DNA from: Nitrosopumilus sp.
GTDB lineage: Archaea; Thermoproteota; Nitrososphaeria; Nitrososphaerales; Nitrosopumilaceae
DNA: 64,000 bases
Reading direction: 5' to 3'
Assembly: GCA_965205425.1 (NCBI GenBank)
Contig: CBDBGZ010000009.1
Coordinates: 1,131,077 to 1,195,076, forward strand
Shown here: positions 18,363-29,463 of the stretch, piece after piece
How positions within the stretch are numbered: the stretch's first letter is position 1
Layout of the letters: the number at the start of each line of letters is the position of its first letter
Translations under genes and position numbers: made by a program
The notes under the pieces: generated by a model
What the model saw: the letters and a program-made list of their open reading frames with translations, nothing else
Database searches by the model: none
Told to the model about the DNA's origin: nothing

Positions 18363-20670
18363 TTGTCAACAGGTGAAGAGTTGGAATATTATCGTAACAG
18401 ATATGATTCGTTGAAGAAGGAAAACCAGCAGTTACGCAAAGAGATTGCAGAGTTAAAGCAGACAGTATCTGCACTTGCTGCAAGAAACATCAAGGCAAAA
18501 CCAAACAAAATAAAACCAAGCAAGAAGAAGAACATCTCAAAACACGCTAGAAAAAGCAGAAACAGGCCCAACTAATATTGATTGTACCATAACAATTGAC
18601 CAAAAAGAGTGCAACATATGCCAAACCAAACTATCAAGCCCAACTGATTCATACACACGAATAGTAGAGGATATTATTCCTGCAAAGGCAATTGCAACAA
18701 AGTACACGATACTTAGACGATACTGCACCAATTGCAAAAAACAAATCTCAGGCAACATACACACTGCGCTACCCAATGAGAGATTTGGGATTAGACTCAT
18801 GGTGCTAATCATATCACTGAAAACCATCGGATTATCATATGGTAAAATATCTCATTTACTATCGATGCTCTTCTCATTACACATTACAGAATCTGCAATT
18901 AACCATGCAGTATTAATCACAGCAAAAATGTTTGGGAGAAGATATAGCGACGATCAAAAGTTCGCAAACATCTTTGCAGGATTTCTAAAGATATAATTTG
19001 CAACATCAAGCTTGAATTTTGTCACTCTGAAATATTCGGACACTGCCTTGTTCATTATTGTAAACATTGCATAATACTCTGAAACCAACAATGCATATTT
19101 GCTTATCTTCCAGCACTGCTCTATCATGTTCTTCAAGTATGGTGATCCCTTTGGCAACCAGATTAGTTTGGCATCTCTATTGTTTGCAAGGTATTCCTTT
19201 ACCTTCTTTGATTTGTGAACTGATGCTCTATCTAAAATGATTGCAATCTTGCCGTATTTCCAGTGTAACTCCTTTAGGTACTCTACAAATGTTACAGCGT
19301 TGAATTTGTCATAAACTCTGAATAGTTGATTACCATTTTCTGTAATTGTACCATACACTGCCAGACTCTCATGTCGTCCTGTATATGGAAGAAATATTCT
19401 CTTTGCAACTGGTGACCAGTACTTTTTTCCTGTTTTTGTATCCCTTACAAAGAATGCTTCATCAGCCATTGCAATGACAAATCCTTTCTTTTTTAGGCGT
19501 GAAATTCTCTTTTTGGTGCGTTGTTGCCAGCTTCTCACAGCAGATATACTTGCATGGTTGATGTGATATTTTTGTGCAGTTTTTGCAGACATGCCGTATT
19601 GGTGCATTATCTTTCTGATGTGGGTTATGTGAAATTTTACTCCAGTGGAATAAAAGATACTTTGTTGCAACATTATGGGGGTAAACAAAGTTAGCATTGC
19701 TTTTGACATGATAGCATCCATTCGAGTCTGGGAGATTATTCTTGGCCTGCCACTTCTTGGGTGGTCGTAGAGGCCATCTATCTCAAAACGACTCGTCCAT
19801 TTTCTCACCCAGCTTGTGCAGTGGTGTAATGTCTTTGCAGTGCACTGTATGTCCTTTCCATCCTTTAGAATCATCAACACTGCAAGCATCCTTACTGCAA
19901 CCTTGGAGTTTTCTTTTTTGTATGCTGCTTCAAGTGATTCTAACTTGTTCATCAAATTTTACCATACATAGTGATCAAAAAGTTTTTTGTTTTGGAATAA
20001 TTTAGTTCACGAACTTTATCTTTTCGCTATATCATACCATGATTGCAGAACTGAAAAAAGAACTCAACATACACGGCGATGAGACAGTCTGGAGAGTCAA
20101 TGGTGAGACACATTGGCTGTGGGCATTTGTTGGAAAGTGGACTATGATTTATGAGATTGACAAATCACGTAGTGTTACTGTTCCAAAAAGAATTCTCAAG
20201 GGGTATGATGGTAACATTACAAGTGACTCGTACTCTGCATGGAACCACGTTGGAGAAACTCACCAGAAATGCCACATCCATTATCTTAGAGAAATTGATG
20301 ATATTATTCAACACAAGAATCCGGGACCAGAATTTGAATCGTTTGCAAAACAACTCAAAAGAATGATCCATGATTCTCATGGCATAGCAAGAATAAAATC
20401 TGAATCAAAGAGAATCCATGCAAAGAAGAATCTTGAGCGCAGAATATCTCATCTGATATCAAGGCATTACACTGAAAAAAATTGCATTAGGTTTGTCAAA
20501 AGAATCAGACGTGAAAGAAAAATGCTCTTCATATTTTTGATTACGGGAACTGATTCTCACAATAATACAGCAGAACGGGCAATCAGACCAAACGTAGTAA
20601 TTAGAAAAATCACAAACGGACACCGTTCAGAGAATGGTGCATATTCTCACAAGGTGTTGATGAGTATAAA
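18363..20670 (+). mobile_element. IS66-family transposase (TnpC), frameshifted, split by IS630 and 3'-truncated
   Basis: Coiled coil, CxxC..CxxC, HGDETVW, SDSYSAW, HQKCHIH, NNTAERAIR. Removing the IS630 rejoins GRRY-HTMIAE in frame. Confidence 0.85.
18945..20029 (-). mobile_element. IS630-family element copy 1 (transposase 18954..19955)
   Basis: TAGCGA.../...TCGCTA ends with TA duplication; HPRSGRP, ADEA, LDRASVH, PKGSPYL..IE. Confidence 0.92.
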
Positions 20671-20835
20671 GGAGATAAAGAAAAAGCATTAAAAAGTATG
20701 ATTAAAGCAGTAGAGACAAATGATTTGATAGACAAAAGTAAAAAATCAGAATTTAAGAAAATGAAACTAGATGAATTAGATTTTCATGGAATAACATTTT
20801 GTAAGTAAAATACTGAAATCAGGCTCAAAATAGCA

Positions 20836-22016
20836 TTATTTTTTCGATTTATCTTTTAGAAGTGAATCAACTGCTTGCCTCAATCTTGTAATTTCATCTT
20901 TTTGTAATTTTGAATCTTCTGTTATTTTTACAATCTCTGACTTTTCTTCTTTGAGTTTCTCATTTTCTAGTCGTATTCTTTCCTCATCTGAAATTGTCAA
21001 AAATGGAATTGCTTTTTGGTATTCAGGGAATCGCTCAAAGTCTTCTTCCTGGTATCGCTCATAGTGTTTCTCCAAGCCTACCTTATGTCCCATCATGTCC
21101 TCTTTGTCTAGAAAATCTACTTTGGCACGCCTCAACATTGTGTTAAAGTATTTTCTAAATCCATGGTCAAGTTGTACCTCATTCCTCTTTTGGTTAGGTG
21201 CTATGGTGGTCTAAGACCAATATCAGTCACAACTGTATCTATTCTCTTTCTAACTCCTTTTTGGTTTAGTCTACGAATTACAGGATATCGAATGGATTTG
21301 ATTAGTGGATCATTAGGTTTTGGATATGCACCAATGTCTGCCTTCCAGTTTTCACGATAAATCTCTAAAGATTTGCAAGCCTCTGGAGTGATAAATGTGA
21401 AATAACTTTCAGGATCTCCTCTATAGATTCGCAATGCTGCACCTTTGTATGTTCCATCAGTATTTTTGAAAAAGACAACATCTTTCCATGTAAAATAGTC
21501 CCAAGATTCTAATCGGAAACCACCTGATGAAAACATCAAAATTATTACTTTGTCAGTAATGTCATTTGTAACTTCAAGCATCTTTTGAATTTCTTCTTTT
21601 GTATATGCTCTGTCTTTTGATTTTGCTTCTCGTCTGGGAAGTAATTTGTGTAATGACTTCCAATGAATTGGAACACGATTAGCATCAAGTAAAACTTTGA
21701 TTGGTTTGATGTGGTTTGGAATAGTTTGAGAACTAATTTCACCTGAATCGACACGTTTTCTGTCTTCTTTAATGAATGCAGCAATAATATCAGAGGCTTT
21801 ATCCATATCTTTTTTTGCCAATTCAACAAAGAATTTAGCTAGAGTTTTTGCATCCCTGTTCTTAGGAGTCTTTCCAAGAGTATCAATGTAAAGTTGATTT
21901 GGAATCAGTTTGAGAAATGTGTAAAGTAGATTCTTGTAACGTCGTAGAGTTGCAGGGCTACGAATTGAGTCTAAGAATAATTGATATGGATCATTTCTTG
22001 AATTTACTTTATCCAC
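20836..22016 (-). pseudogene. tyrosine integrase, single-base frameshift near 21202
   Basis: SSGGFRLES (Arg I); bridging frame LAPNQKRNEVQLDHGFRKYFNTM (HxxR); MGH...EKHY (Tyr); lies immediately downstream of tRNA-Val. Confidence 0.88.
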
Positions 22017-22073
22017 AGTGAGTTCTATATTTTGTATATATAGTGCGTCCTATTTTAGTCCCAAGAAAGGGTA

Positions 22074-22148
22074 TGGGCCCACGGGGATTTGAACCCCGGA
22101 TCTTCGCCGTGTAAGGGCGACGTCATAACCGACCTGGACTATGAGCCC
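22074..22148 (-). tRNA. tRNA-Val(TAC)
   Basis: Cloverleaf GGGCTCA...TGGGCCCA, anticodon loop CTTACAC, T-loop GGTTCAAATCC. Confidence 0.96.
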
Positions 22149-22227
22149 AGAAACCTACCTTGTTAAAATCCATTTAAACTTTGAGACAAGAGAAAATCTA
22201 GAAATTTGATAAAAAATCAACAAAATC

Positions 22228-23244
22228 ATGAATGTTTCTAGTTTTTTTTCCAGTCCAATTGGATTGGGTCATGTTACTCGAGATATGGCAATTGCAGATA
22301 ATTTTGAAAGTATCTCAACAAATTTTATCACAGGAAGTGGAGCTGCTAAAATTCTAAAAAATCTAGATTACAATGTACAAAATGTATACAATCCACCTTC
22401 ATTCATTATTGAAAATGGAACATTAAAGAGTCCTGCAAAATGGTTATGGAATTATTATCAATATTATAAAGATTGTAAAAACATTTCACAAAAAATTCTT
22501 TCAAAAGATAAAACAAATTTAGTCATTAGTGATGAAGATTTTGCATCATTAACTGTTGCACAAGAAATGAAAATTCCAACAGTGTTAATTACAGATGTTT
22601 TGGAAACTCATTTCACTAAAGGAATAGCATCATTCATAGAAAAAAAGATGAATAAGTCAATGCAAAAAATAATTAAAAAATGTGACATGGTAATTTTTCC
22701 TGAAAATGGAGATGATCATGATAATATCAAAAGAGTAGGACCAATAGTAAGAGAAACAAACTATACCAGAGAAGAGTTAAGAAAAAAATTCTCTTTTAAA
22801 AAAAATACTATACTAATATCAATAGGAGGAACAGATGCAGGGTTATTTCTAATTGAAAAAGCATTACAAGTTCTTTCAAAAATTAATCAAGATATAGAAA
22901 TAGTTCTAGTATCAGGTCCTGCAGTAACAAAAAAATTTGAGAACGTTAAGAATTTAGGATTTGTAGATAATTTACATGAATTAATTTTTGCTGCAGATGT
23001 GATTATTTCATTGGCGGGAAAATCAACCATAGATGAGGCTAATGCCTATGGAACTCCTGCAATTTTTATTCCAATCAAAGGTCATTTTGAACAAGAAGAT
23101 AATGCAAAAGAGCAAGGATTTGAATTTGAAGATATTAACAGATTAGAAGAATTGATTGTAGAAAAACTAGAGCAAAAAAGAAACCAAACAAATACAGATG
23201 GTGCAAAAACAGCATCAACGATAATACAAAAATTGATGAATTAA
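22228..23244 (+). CDS. GT-B glycosyltransferase (MurG/GT28-like)
   Basis: GLGHVTR, SIGGT, AGKSTIDEA, HFEQEDNA. Confidence 0.85.
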   Translation: MNVSSFFSSPIGLGHVTRDMAIADNFESISTNFITGSGAAKILKNLDYNVQNVYNPPSFIIENGTLKSPAKWLWNYYQYYKDCKNISQKILSKDKTNLVISDEDFASLTVAQEMKIPTVLITDVLETHFTKGIASFIEKKMNKSMQKIIKKCDMVIFPENGDDHDNIKRVGPIVRETNYTREELRKKFSFKKNTILISIGGTDAGLFLIEKALQVLSKINQDIEIVLVSGPAVTKKFENVKNLGFVDNLHELIFAADVIISLAGKSTIDEANAYGTPAIFIPIKGHFEQEDNAKEQGFEFEDINRLEELIVEKLEQKRNQTNTDGAKTASTIIQKLMN

Positions 23245-23289
23245 CAATCAAATGCTTAATAGAAGGTAAATTCGATTTGATAAAGTACT

Positions 23290-24705
23290 ATGACTAGACT
23301 AGTAGTTGCCAAATTTGGTGGCAGTGCAATAGGTCCAAACGGGGAAACAATTCCTAAAATTATTCAAAGAATTACAAATTTAAAAACAGATTCCAAAGTG
23401 ATTGCAGTTTTTTCAGCCCCATTGACAATGTATAATGAAAAAAAGCGTTCATTGACTGATGTAGTTTTAGAACAGGGAAGAAATGCAGAGAATGGAATTA
23501 GTCCATCTTTAGATATTGTAAAAGCAACATATCAAAAAATTCTGGAAATGGTTGATGATAAAAACAAAGAAAATTGCAAAAAAACAATTGATTTTCATCT
23601 AGAAAAAGCCCAAAATGCACTAGATGAGGCTTTGAAGAATAAGGAATTTGCAAATGAAACAAGATCTCAAGCTTTGGCATTTTCAGGAGAAATTTTGATG
23701 GCACATGTGATGAATAGCATACTAAGAAGTAACGATATCAAGGCTGAGGCAGTAGGGTTTGATGATTGGCCAATTATTACAGATAATAATATTGAATTTA
23801 CAAATTTTCTCACAATAGAATCCAGAGAAAAGATGGGTAAAACTGTAGAATTAGTAGAAAATAATGAAGTAGTTACCATTGGTGGATTTATTGGAAAAAC
23901 AATAGATGGTGTAATTACCACATATGAGCGAGGGGGTTCTGATAGAACTGCAGCAGATCTTGGAATTTTGTTTCATAAAAAATATGAAACCAGTATTGAT
24001 TTTGAGAAAGATAGTGCAGTAGTTTCAGCTGATCCTAAAATTGTAGATTCAGGATTACGTGAAGTTATTCAGTTATCTTACAATGAAGCAAGACTAGCAG
24101 GAATGTTTGGAATGAAAATTTTAGATCCAATTGCGATAAAAGAAATTGTAGAAAATGGTGTAGACATGCCAATTACCATTACCAATATGAAAAATCCAGA
24201 AAAAATTACTACAATTAAAAGAAATTTGGATGAACTAAAGGGGCATCCAATTAAGATAGTTACAGGTAAAGAGAATTGTACTATTTTTAGGATTGAAACA
24301 AGTTGTATTCAAAAATTATTGACATCATTAGAAAAAGACAAACATTATAGCGAATTTATCATTTTGTCACCCTTTACAAAAGATGGAATAGAATTTTCTA
24401 GAATATTATTTTTAGATGGAGATTATGTTAAAAGAAATGAAAAGTATCTTTTAGGATTTGATTCACTTGCAACAATCACATACAACAGAGGAGTCATTAC
24501 ATTAATTGGTGATGAGATGTGGAGAGTTCAACAAGTAGCTTCTAGAACTAGTGCAAAGATTGGCGAGTCAGGATTAAACATTTTGAATATGGATGCACAA
24601 GAAGAAACATCAAGAATAATTATTGTTGTAGAAGATACTCAAGATAACATTACAAAAGCTATCAAAGCAATACATCAAGAAATTTCAGAAATTAATTTTA
24701 TTTAA
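23290..24705 (+). CDS. lysC: aspartate kinase
   Basis: VAKFGGSA, GGFIG, RGGSDRTA, SADPKIV and C-terminal ACT domain. Confidence 0.9.
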   Translation: MTRLVVAKFGGSAIGPNGETIPKIIQRITNLKTDSKVIAVFSAPLTMYNEKKRSLTDVVLEQGRNAENGISPSLDIVKATYQKILEMVDDKNKENCKKTIDFHLEKAQNALDEALKNKEFANETRSQALAFSGEILMAHVMNSILRSNDIKAEAVGFDDWPIITDNNIEFTNFLTIESREKMGKTVELVENNEVVTIGGFIGKTIDGVITTYERGGSDRTAADLGILFHKKYETSIDFEKDSAVVSADPKIVDSGLREVIQLSYNEARLAGMFGMKILDPIAIKEIVENGVDMPITITNMKNPEKITTIKRNLDELKGHPIKIVTGKENCTIFRIETSCIQKLLTSLEKDKHYSEFIILSPFTKDGIEFSRILFLDGDYVKRNEKYLLGFDSLATITYNRGVITLIGDEMWRVQQVASRTSAKIGESGLNILNMDAQEETSRIIIVVEDTQDNITKAIKAIHQEISEINFI

Positions 24706-24711
24706 TGTAAA

Positions 24712-24805
24712 GAGTGGCGTTACGGGCTTTCACCTGTAAACGCCATCATGGGTTTGTTCTTGGACCGTTATCTAGATTTAGTCCGGCGTTACCCAAAACA
24801 CGCGA
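24712..24805. ncRNA. candidate structured RNA (two hairpins), function and strand unknown
   Basis: GC-rich island with stems TGGCGTT/AACGCCA, TGGGT/ACCCA and GGAC/GTCC. Confidence 0.45.
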
Positions 24806-24855
24806 TACTATATGTTAGAATTTCTAGTATTTAGAGCTGATCTATATAGATCCAT

Positions 24856-25062
24856 TCACACACGCTCAGCTGCGAACCAAAGAATAATTCCAATACCCAA
24901 CAAAGCATACCACTTGAAATTTTTCTTATTCATGAAAATATTGGCTGAGCCCAAATCTTCATCTTTGTATGTGGTTAAACGAATTTTTCTCATTTCAAAA
25001 GCCTGGCCGACCAAGCCTACCACGAGACAGATTATTCCAGCAAAGCCCAATGTCCATTCCAT
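24856..25062 (-). CDS. small two-TM membrane protein
   Basis: 68 aa, hydrophobic at both ends. Confidence 0.7.
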   Translation of the reverse strand: MEWTLGFAGIICLVVGLVGQAFEMRKIRLTTYKDEDLGSANIFMNKKNFKWYALLGIGIILWFAAERV

Positions 25063-25158
25063 ACTAAAATTTACGATTAATCAGATATGTAGTTTCAGAT
25101 ATGCCAAATTTACTAGAAAAGATAATTCTTTAAATTAGCATGGATTTTTTGCTCTCCT

Positions 25159-26073
25159 ATGAAAGAAATTGGAAAAATTTGGATGAATGGAAAATTAGTA
25201 CCATTCAAAGATGCCAAAGTTCACGTATTAACTCATGCATTACATTATTCGACATCAATTTTTGAGGGGATCAGATGTTATAATACTCCAAATGGATCAG
25301 CAATTTTCAGATTACCTGAACATGTAGATAGATTTTTCAAATCTGCAAAATTGTATTCAATGAAAATGCAGTTTTCTAAAAAAATAATTTCAGATGCAAT
25401 TGTAAAAACTGTTCAAACAGGAGGACTCAAAGAATCATACATTAGACCATTAGCATACTATGGATATGGAACTATGGGATTAACTCCTACCACAAATAAA
25501 GTAGATGTTTCAATTTCATGTTGGGAATGGAAAATGGGTGAATCAAAAGCAGGTAAATTTTCTGGAGCAAAATGTAAAGTTTCAAGTTGGACTAAAATTG
25601 ATTCAAGATCTCAACCAATGCAAGCAAAAGCTGCATCAAACTATGCAAACGCAGCACTTGCAAGAATGGAAGCATTAGAAAATGGATACGATGAAGCAAT
25701 TATGTTAAATTCTCGTGGTAAAGTTGCAGAAGGTAGTGCTGAAAATATTTTCATCATTAAAGATGACATTATTCAAACTCCTCCACTTTCAGCAGGAGGA
25801 TTAGAAGGAATTACCAGAGACAGCATTATCCAAATTATAGAAGAAAATGGTGGATTTGTAATTGAACGTGATCTAGAACGAGATGATCTTTACACTGCTG
25901 ATGAGATTTTCATGACAGGAACAGCTGCTGAAGTAAAATCAGTAACTCAGATAGATAAAGTGAAAATTGGAAATGGTAAAATGGGCAATATTACTAAAGC
26001 ATTGCAAAAATCATTTACTGATGTAGTTATGGGTAAAGATGAAAGATTCTTGTCTTGGCTGACATTTATTTAA
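25159..26073 (+). CDS. ilvE: branched-chain amino acid aminotransferase (paralogue 1)
   Basis: HALHY..IFEGIRCY, YIRP, AKAASNY, EGSAENIF, LEGITR, TGTAAEV. Confidence 0.92.
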   Translation: MKEIGKIWMNGKLVPFKDAKVHVLTHALHYSTSIFEGIRCYNTPNGSAIFRLPEHVDRFFKSAKLYSMKMQFSKKIISDAIVKTVQTGGLKESYIRPLAYYGYGTMGLTPTTNKVDVSISCWEWKMGESKAGKFSGAKCKVSSWTKIDSRSQPMQAKAASNYANAALARMEALENGYDEAIMLNSRGKVAEGSAENIFIIKDDIIQTPPLSAGGLEGITRDSIIQIIEENGGFVIERDLERDDLYTADEIFMTGTAAEVKSVTQIDKVKIGNGKMGNITKALQKSFTDVVMGKDERFLSWLTFI

Positions 26074-26114
26074 CATTACATGATGTTTTTTACCCACTGT
26101 AAGGATTAGAAATT

Positions 26115-26276
26115 ATGGATTCATGTTCAACTGGCGACACACAAGAAATTTGTTGGTTTTGTAGAAAAGGACGTCATGATGATTGCATGAAAGAAATTCC
26201 TACACATGGAAAATCAGATGGTCCACATGATTGCACTTTTGATACAAAACTTATTCCTTGTAAATGTCAACACTAA
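26115..26276 (+). CDS. 53-aa Cys/His-rich microprotein (absent from ORF track)
   Basis: MDSCSTGDTQEICWFCRKGRHDDCMKEIPTHGKSDGPHDCTFDTKLIPCKCQH; fills the ilvE-methyltransferase gap. Confidence 0.65.
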   Translation: MDSCSTGDTQEICWFCRKGRHDDCMKEIPTHGKSDGPHDCTFDTKLIPCKCQH

Positions 26277-26301
26277 CAATTAGTATCAAATACAAGATAG
26301 A

Positions 26302-26868
26302 TTGAAAAAAGCCATGAATTACAATGAAGAATTTTGGAATAAATATTCGGATGAGAATGAATCAAGATACAATGAAGAATTTTCAAAATTTGTAAGAGAT
26401 TTAGCTATGTCGTTACGATGTACAAGTGTTTTAGAGGTAGGTTGTGGGACAGGAATTGATTTAAGATTATTTCCAGATACATTTCAGATTAATGGTATTG
26501 ATCTAAATGAAAAGGCATTAAACCTTGCAAAGAAGAAACTGCCAAGTGTAAATTTTAAAAAAGGTACAATAACTGAATTACCATTTGAAGATTCTTCCAT
26601 AGATTTTGTTTTTACTCATGGTTTGATGAACTATTTAGATAATGATACATTAGAAAAAGGAATTTCAGAAATGTTCAGAGTATCAAGTAGATGGATTATG
26701 AATTGTGAAAATTATGATGAAGTAGAAAAACAAATTGATGAAAATCAAAAATCTCGCAATATGCAAAAATATTGGCTTGATTACAAAGTAAAATTTGTCA
26801 GTAATGTAGACATGCATGAAGATATTGAGCCTGATAAACCTAGATTCACTCTATTGAAGAAATTATAA
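26302..26868 (+). CDS. class I SAM-dependent methyltransferase
   Basis: VLEVGCGTG, GIDLN, LPFEDSSIDFV. Confidence 0.9.
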   Translation: MKKAMNYNEEFWNKYSDENESRYNEEFSKFVRDLAMSLRCTSVLEVGCGTGIDLRLFPDTFQINGIDLNEKALNLAKKKLPSVNFKKGTITELPFEDSSIDFVFTHGLMNYLDNDTLEKGISEMFRVSSRWIMNCENYDEVEKQIDENQKSRNMQKYWLDYKVKFVSNVDMHEDIEPDKPRFTLLKKL

Positions 26869-26873
26869 TTTTT

Positions 26874-27250
26874 TTATTTTAATTTTTTATGTTGTATAGA
26901 TAATACTTTTGGCAATTTAATAGTGAAAGTTGTTGGATTATTAGATGCAAAAATTTCTCCTTGATGTTGTTCTATAATATTTTTACAGCTAGCTAAACCT
27001 AACCCAGTTCCTTTTTGTTTAGTTGTAAATAACGGTTCAAATATTTTAGATAAATTATCATCAGAAATTCCATCACCTGAATCAATGAATTGTAATATTG
27101 CTATGTTATCTTGTTCAGAAATTTTAATGTTAATTTTTCCTCCTTCATGCATTGCCTGAATAGAATTTACAATCAAATTGATAAACACCGCATCAAGTTT
27201 GATTACATCACAATCAACAATAAGATCAGATTTTGAAAGTGTTACTTCTA
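26874..27250 (-). pseudogene. sensor histidine kinase, C-terminal HATPase_c fragment
   Basis: N box NLIVNSIQA, DSGDGI, IFEPLFTTK, GTGLGL; 5' part replaced by IS630. Confidence 0.85.
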
Positions 27251-28333
27251 TAGCGACGATCAAAAGTTCGCAAACATCTTTGCAGGATTTCTAAAGATAT
27301 AATTTGCAACATCAAGCTTGAATTTTGTCACTCTGAAATATTCGGACACTGCCTTGTTCATTATTGTAAACATTGCATAATACTCTGAAACCAACAATGC
27401 ATATTTGCTTATCTTCCAGCACTGCTCTATCATGTTCAAGTATGGTGATCCCTTTGGCAACCAGATTAGTTTGACATCTCTATTGTTTGCAAGGTATTCC
27501 TTTACCTTCTTTGATTTATGAACTGATGCTCTATCCAGCATGATTGCAATTTTGCCGTATTTCCAGTGTAACTCTTTTAGGTACTCTACAAATGTTACAG
27601 CGTTGAATTTGTCATAAACTCTGAATAGTTGATTGCCATTTTCTGTAATTGTACCATACACTGCCAGACTCTCATGTCGTCCTGTATATGGAAGAAATAT
27701 TCTCTTTGCAACTGGTGACCAGTACTTTTTTCCTGTTTTTGTATCCCTTACAAAGAATGCTTCATCAGCCATTGCAATGACAAATCCTTTCTTTTTTAGG
27801 CGTGAAATTCTCTTTTTCATGCGTTGTTGCCAGCTTCTCACAGCAGATATACTTGCATGGTTGACGTGATATTTTTGTGCAGTTTTTGCAGACATGCCGT
27901 ATTGGTGCATTATCTTTCTGATGTGGGTTATGTGAAATTTTACTCCAGTGGAATAAAAGATACTTTGTTGCAACATTATGGGGGTAAACAAAGTTAGCAT
28001 TGCTTTTGACATGATAGCATCCATTCTGGTCTGGGAGATTGTTCTTGGCCTGCCACTTCTTGGGTGGTCGTAGAGGCCATCTATCTCAAAACGACTCGTC
28101 CATTTTCTCACCCAGCTTGTGCAGTGGTGTAATGTCTTTGCAGTGCACTGTATGTCCTTTCCATCCTTTAGAATCATCAACACTGCAAGCATCCTTACTG
28201 CAACCTTGGAGTTTTCTTTTTTGTATGCTGCTTTCAAGTGATTCTAACTTGTTCATCAAATTTTACCATACATAGTGATCAAAAAGTTTTTTGTTTTGGA
28301 ATAATTTAGTTCACGAACTTTATCTTTTCGCTA
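27251..28333 (-). mobile_element. IS630-family element copy 2 (near-identical to copy 1)
   Basis: Same ends and TA flanks as copy 1; an extra base near 28232 shifts the N-terminus; lacks the 3-nt insertion seen in copy 1. Confidence 0.92.
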
Positions 28334-28335
28334 TA

Positions 28336-29275
28336 AGATATCGCTCCAAAACCATGATGGTAAAGTCACGGGACGAAAAGAAACAAGAAAGATTACTGGA
28401 ATAGTTGATGATATTCTAAAAGAGACAGATTACAAAAAACTATCAAATGACTATCAAGATTTGTTTGATGGTCTAAAAAATGCAAAGAAAAGATACAAAA
28501 AAATGAAAATAAAATACCTCAACACTACCTCAAAGAATGTTATCTTTGAGGATGGATTATTCAAGGCTGAAATTCTAGGTCCCATAAACATTGGAACAAA
28601 AACATCTCCTGCCTATGCTGCAATTGGTAATGCAGGAAAAATCAGAAACGGTAATACTCTGTTTCACTAATGATTACATATGGCAAATGCAAAATTTTGT
28701 TATATGGGGATTTGAACAAAGAGTATGAGACTGGATTCATCAGATACCATCAAGATGAGGAAAATCCTCTTCAAGCACATGTCTTTAAAGCAAATCATCA
28801 TGGAAGTCAGGAAATTACTGAACATTTCCTACAAGAAGTAAATCCTTGGGTTAGTGTCATTTCTTCAGGTGATACAAGAGATTATGCCCATCCATGTGGA
28901 AAATTATTGGGGCTTTTAGGCAGATATTCGAGTGCTAGTATCAAAGAACCCATCGTCTTTTCAACAGAAATTGCAAGAACATATCATCCACTCAATAAAG
29001 ATGAATTAAAAATCATGAGGGAAACATCTAAATTTTTGAAATCAAAGAAAAGCAAGAAAAGCCGAGACAAAGAATTTGCTAATGTAAAACAAATTATCAA
29101 AAAAGATTCCTACTATTCCAAGGCAATTGATGGAATAATTCATGTACGAACTGATGGAGAAAGTCTAGTTGTAGGACGAGGATATGGAAATTATAAAACA
29201 AAACGTGATGGGGAAACTATAGTTCGTAAAAATTACAACAAATATGATTGGGAATTCTATCCCTTTCATCTTTAA
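28336..29275 (+). pseudogene. ComEC/Rec2-like metallo-beta-lactamase-fold protein, 5'-truncated and frameshifted
   Basis: EILGP, ILLYGDL, FKANHHGS, VISSG...HP and RTDG; split at 28670. Confidence 0.75.
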
Positions 29276-29315
29276 TTTGTCTCAAAGTTGTTTATTTTAA
29301 AATCATTTACCCTTA

Positions 29316-29426
29316 TCAGACGAATGGGTTTTTGATAATTCTATTTGCCAAAAGAACAACTAATCCTATACCTGTACCACCACAGACAAAAATTCCTAAA
29401 AGAACCAATGCATCACGTTTGTCCAT
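29316..29426 (-). CDS. 36-aa single-TM microprotein
   Basis: MDKRDALVLLGIFVCGGTGIGLVVLLANRIIKNPFV. Confidence 0.45.
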   Translation of the reverse strand: MDKRDALVLLGIFVCGGTGIGLVVLLANRIIKNPFV

Positions 29427-29463
29427 TACTAGTATCTGATAATTTCTAACTTATGAAGCTTAG

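Noticed and set aside
21195..21210. Programmed frameshift in the integrase
   Set aside because: No slippery run or stimulatory structure at the site; a simple one-base deletion or sequencing error is more parsimonious
24812..25138. 108-aa plus-strand ORF
   Set aside because: Shadow of the more protein-like 68-aa membrane gene on the minus strand; the same applies to the many short antisense ORFs inside core genes
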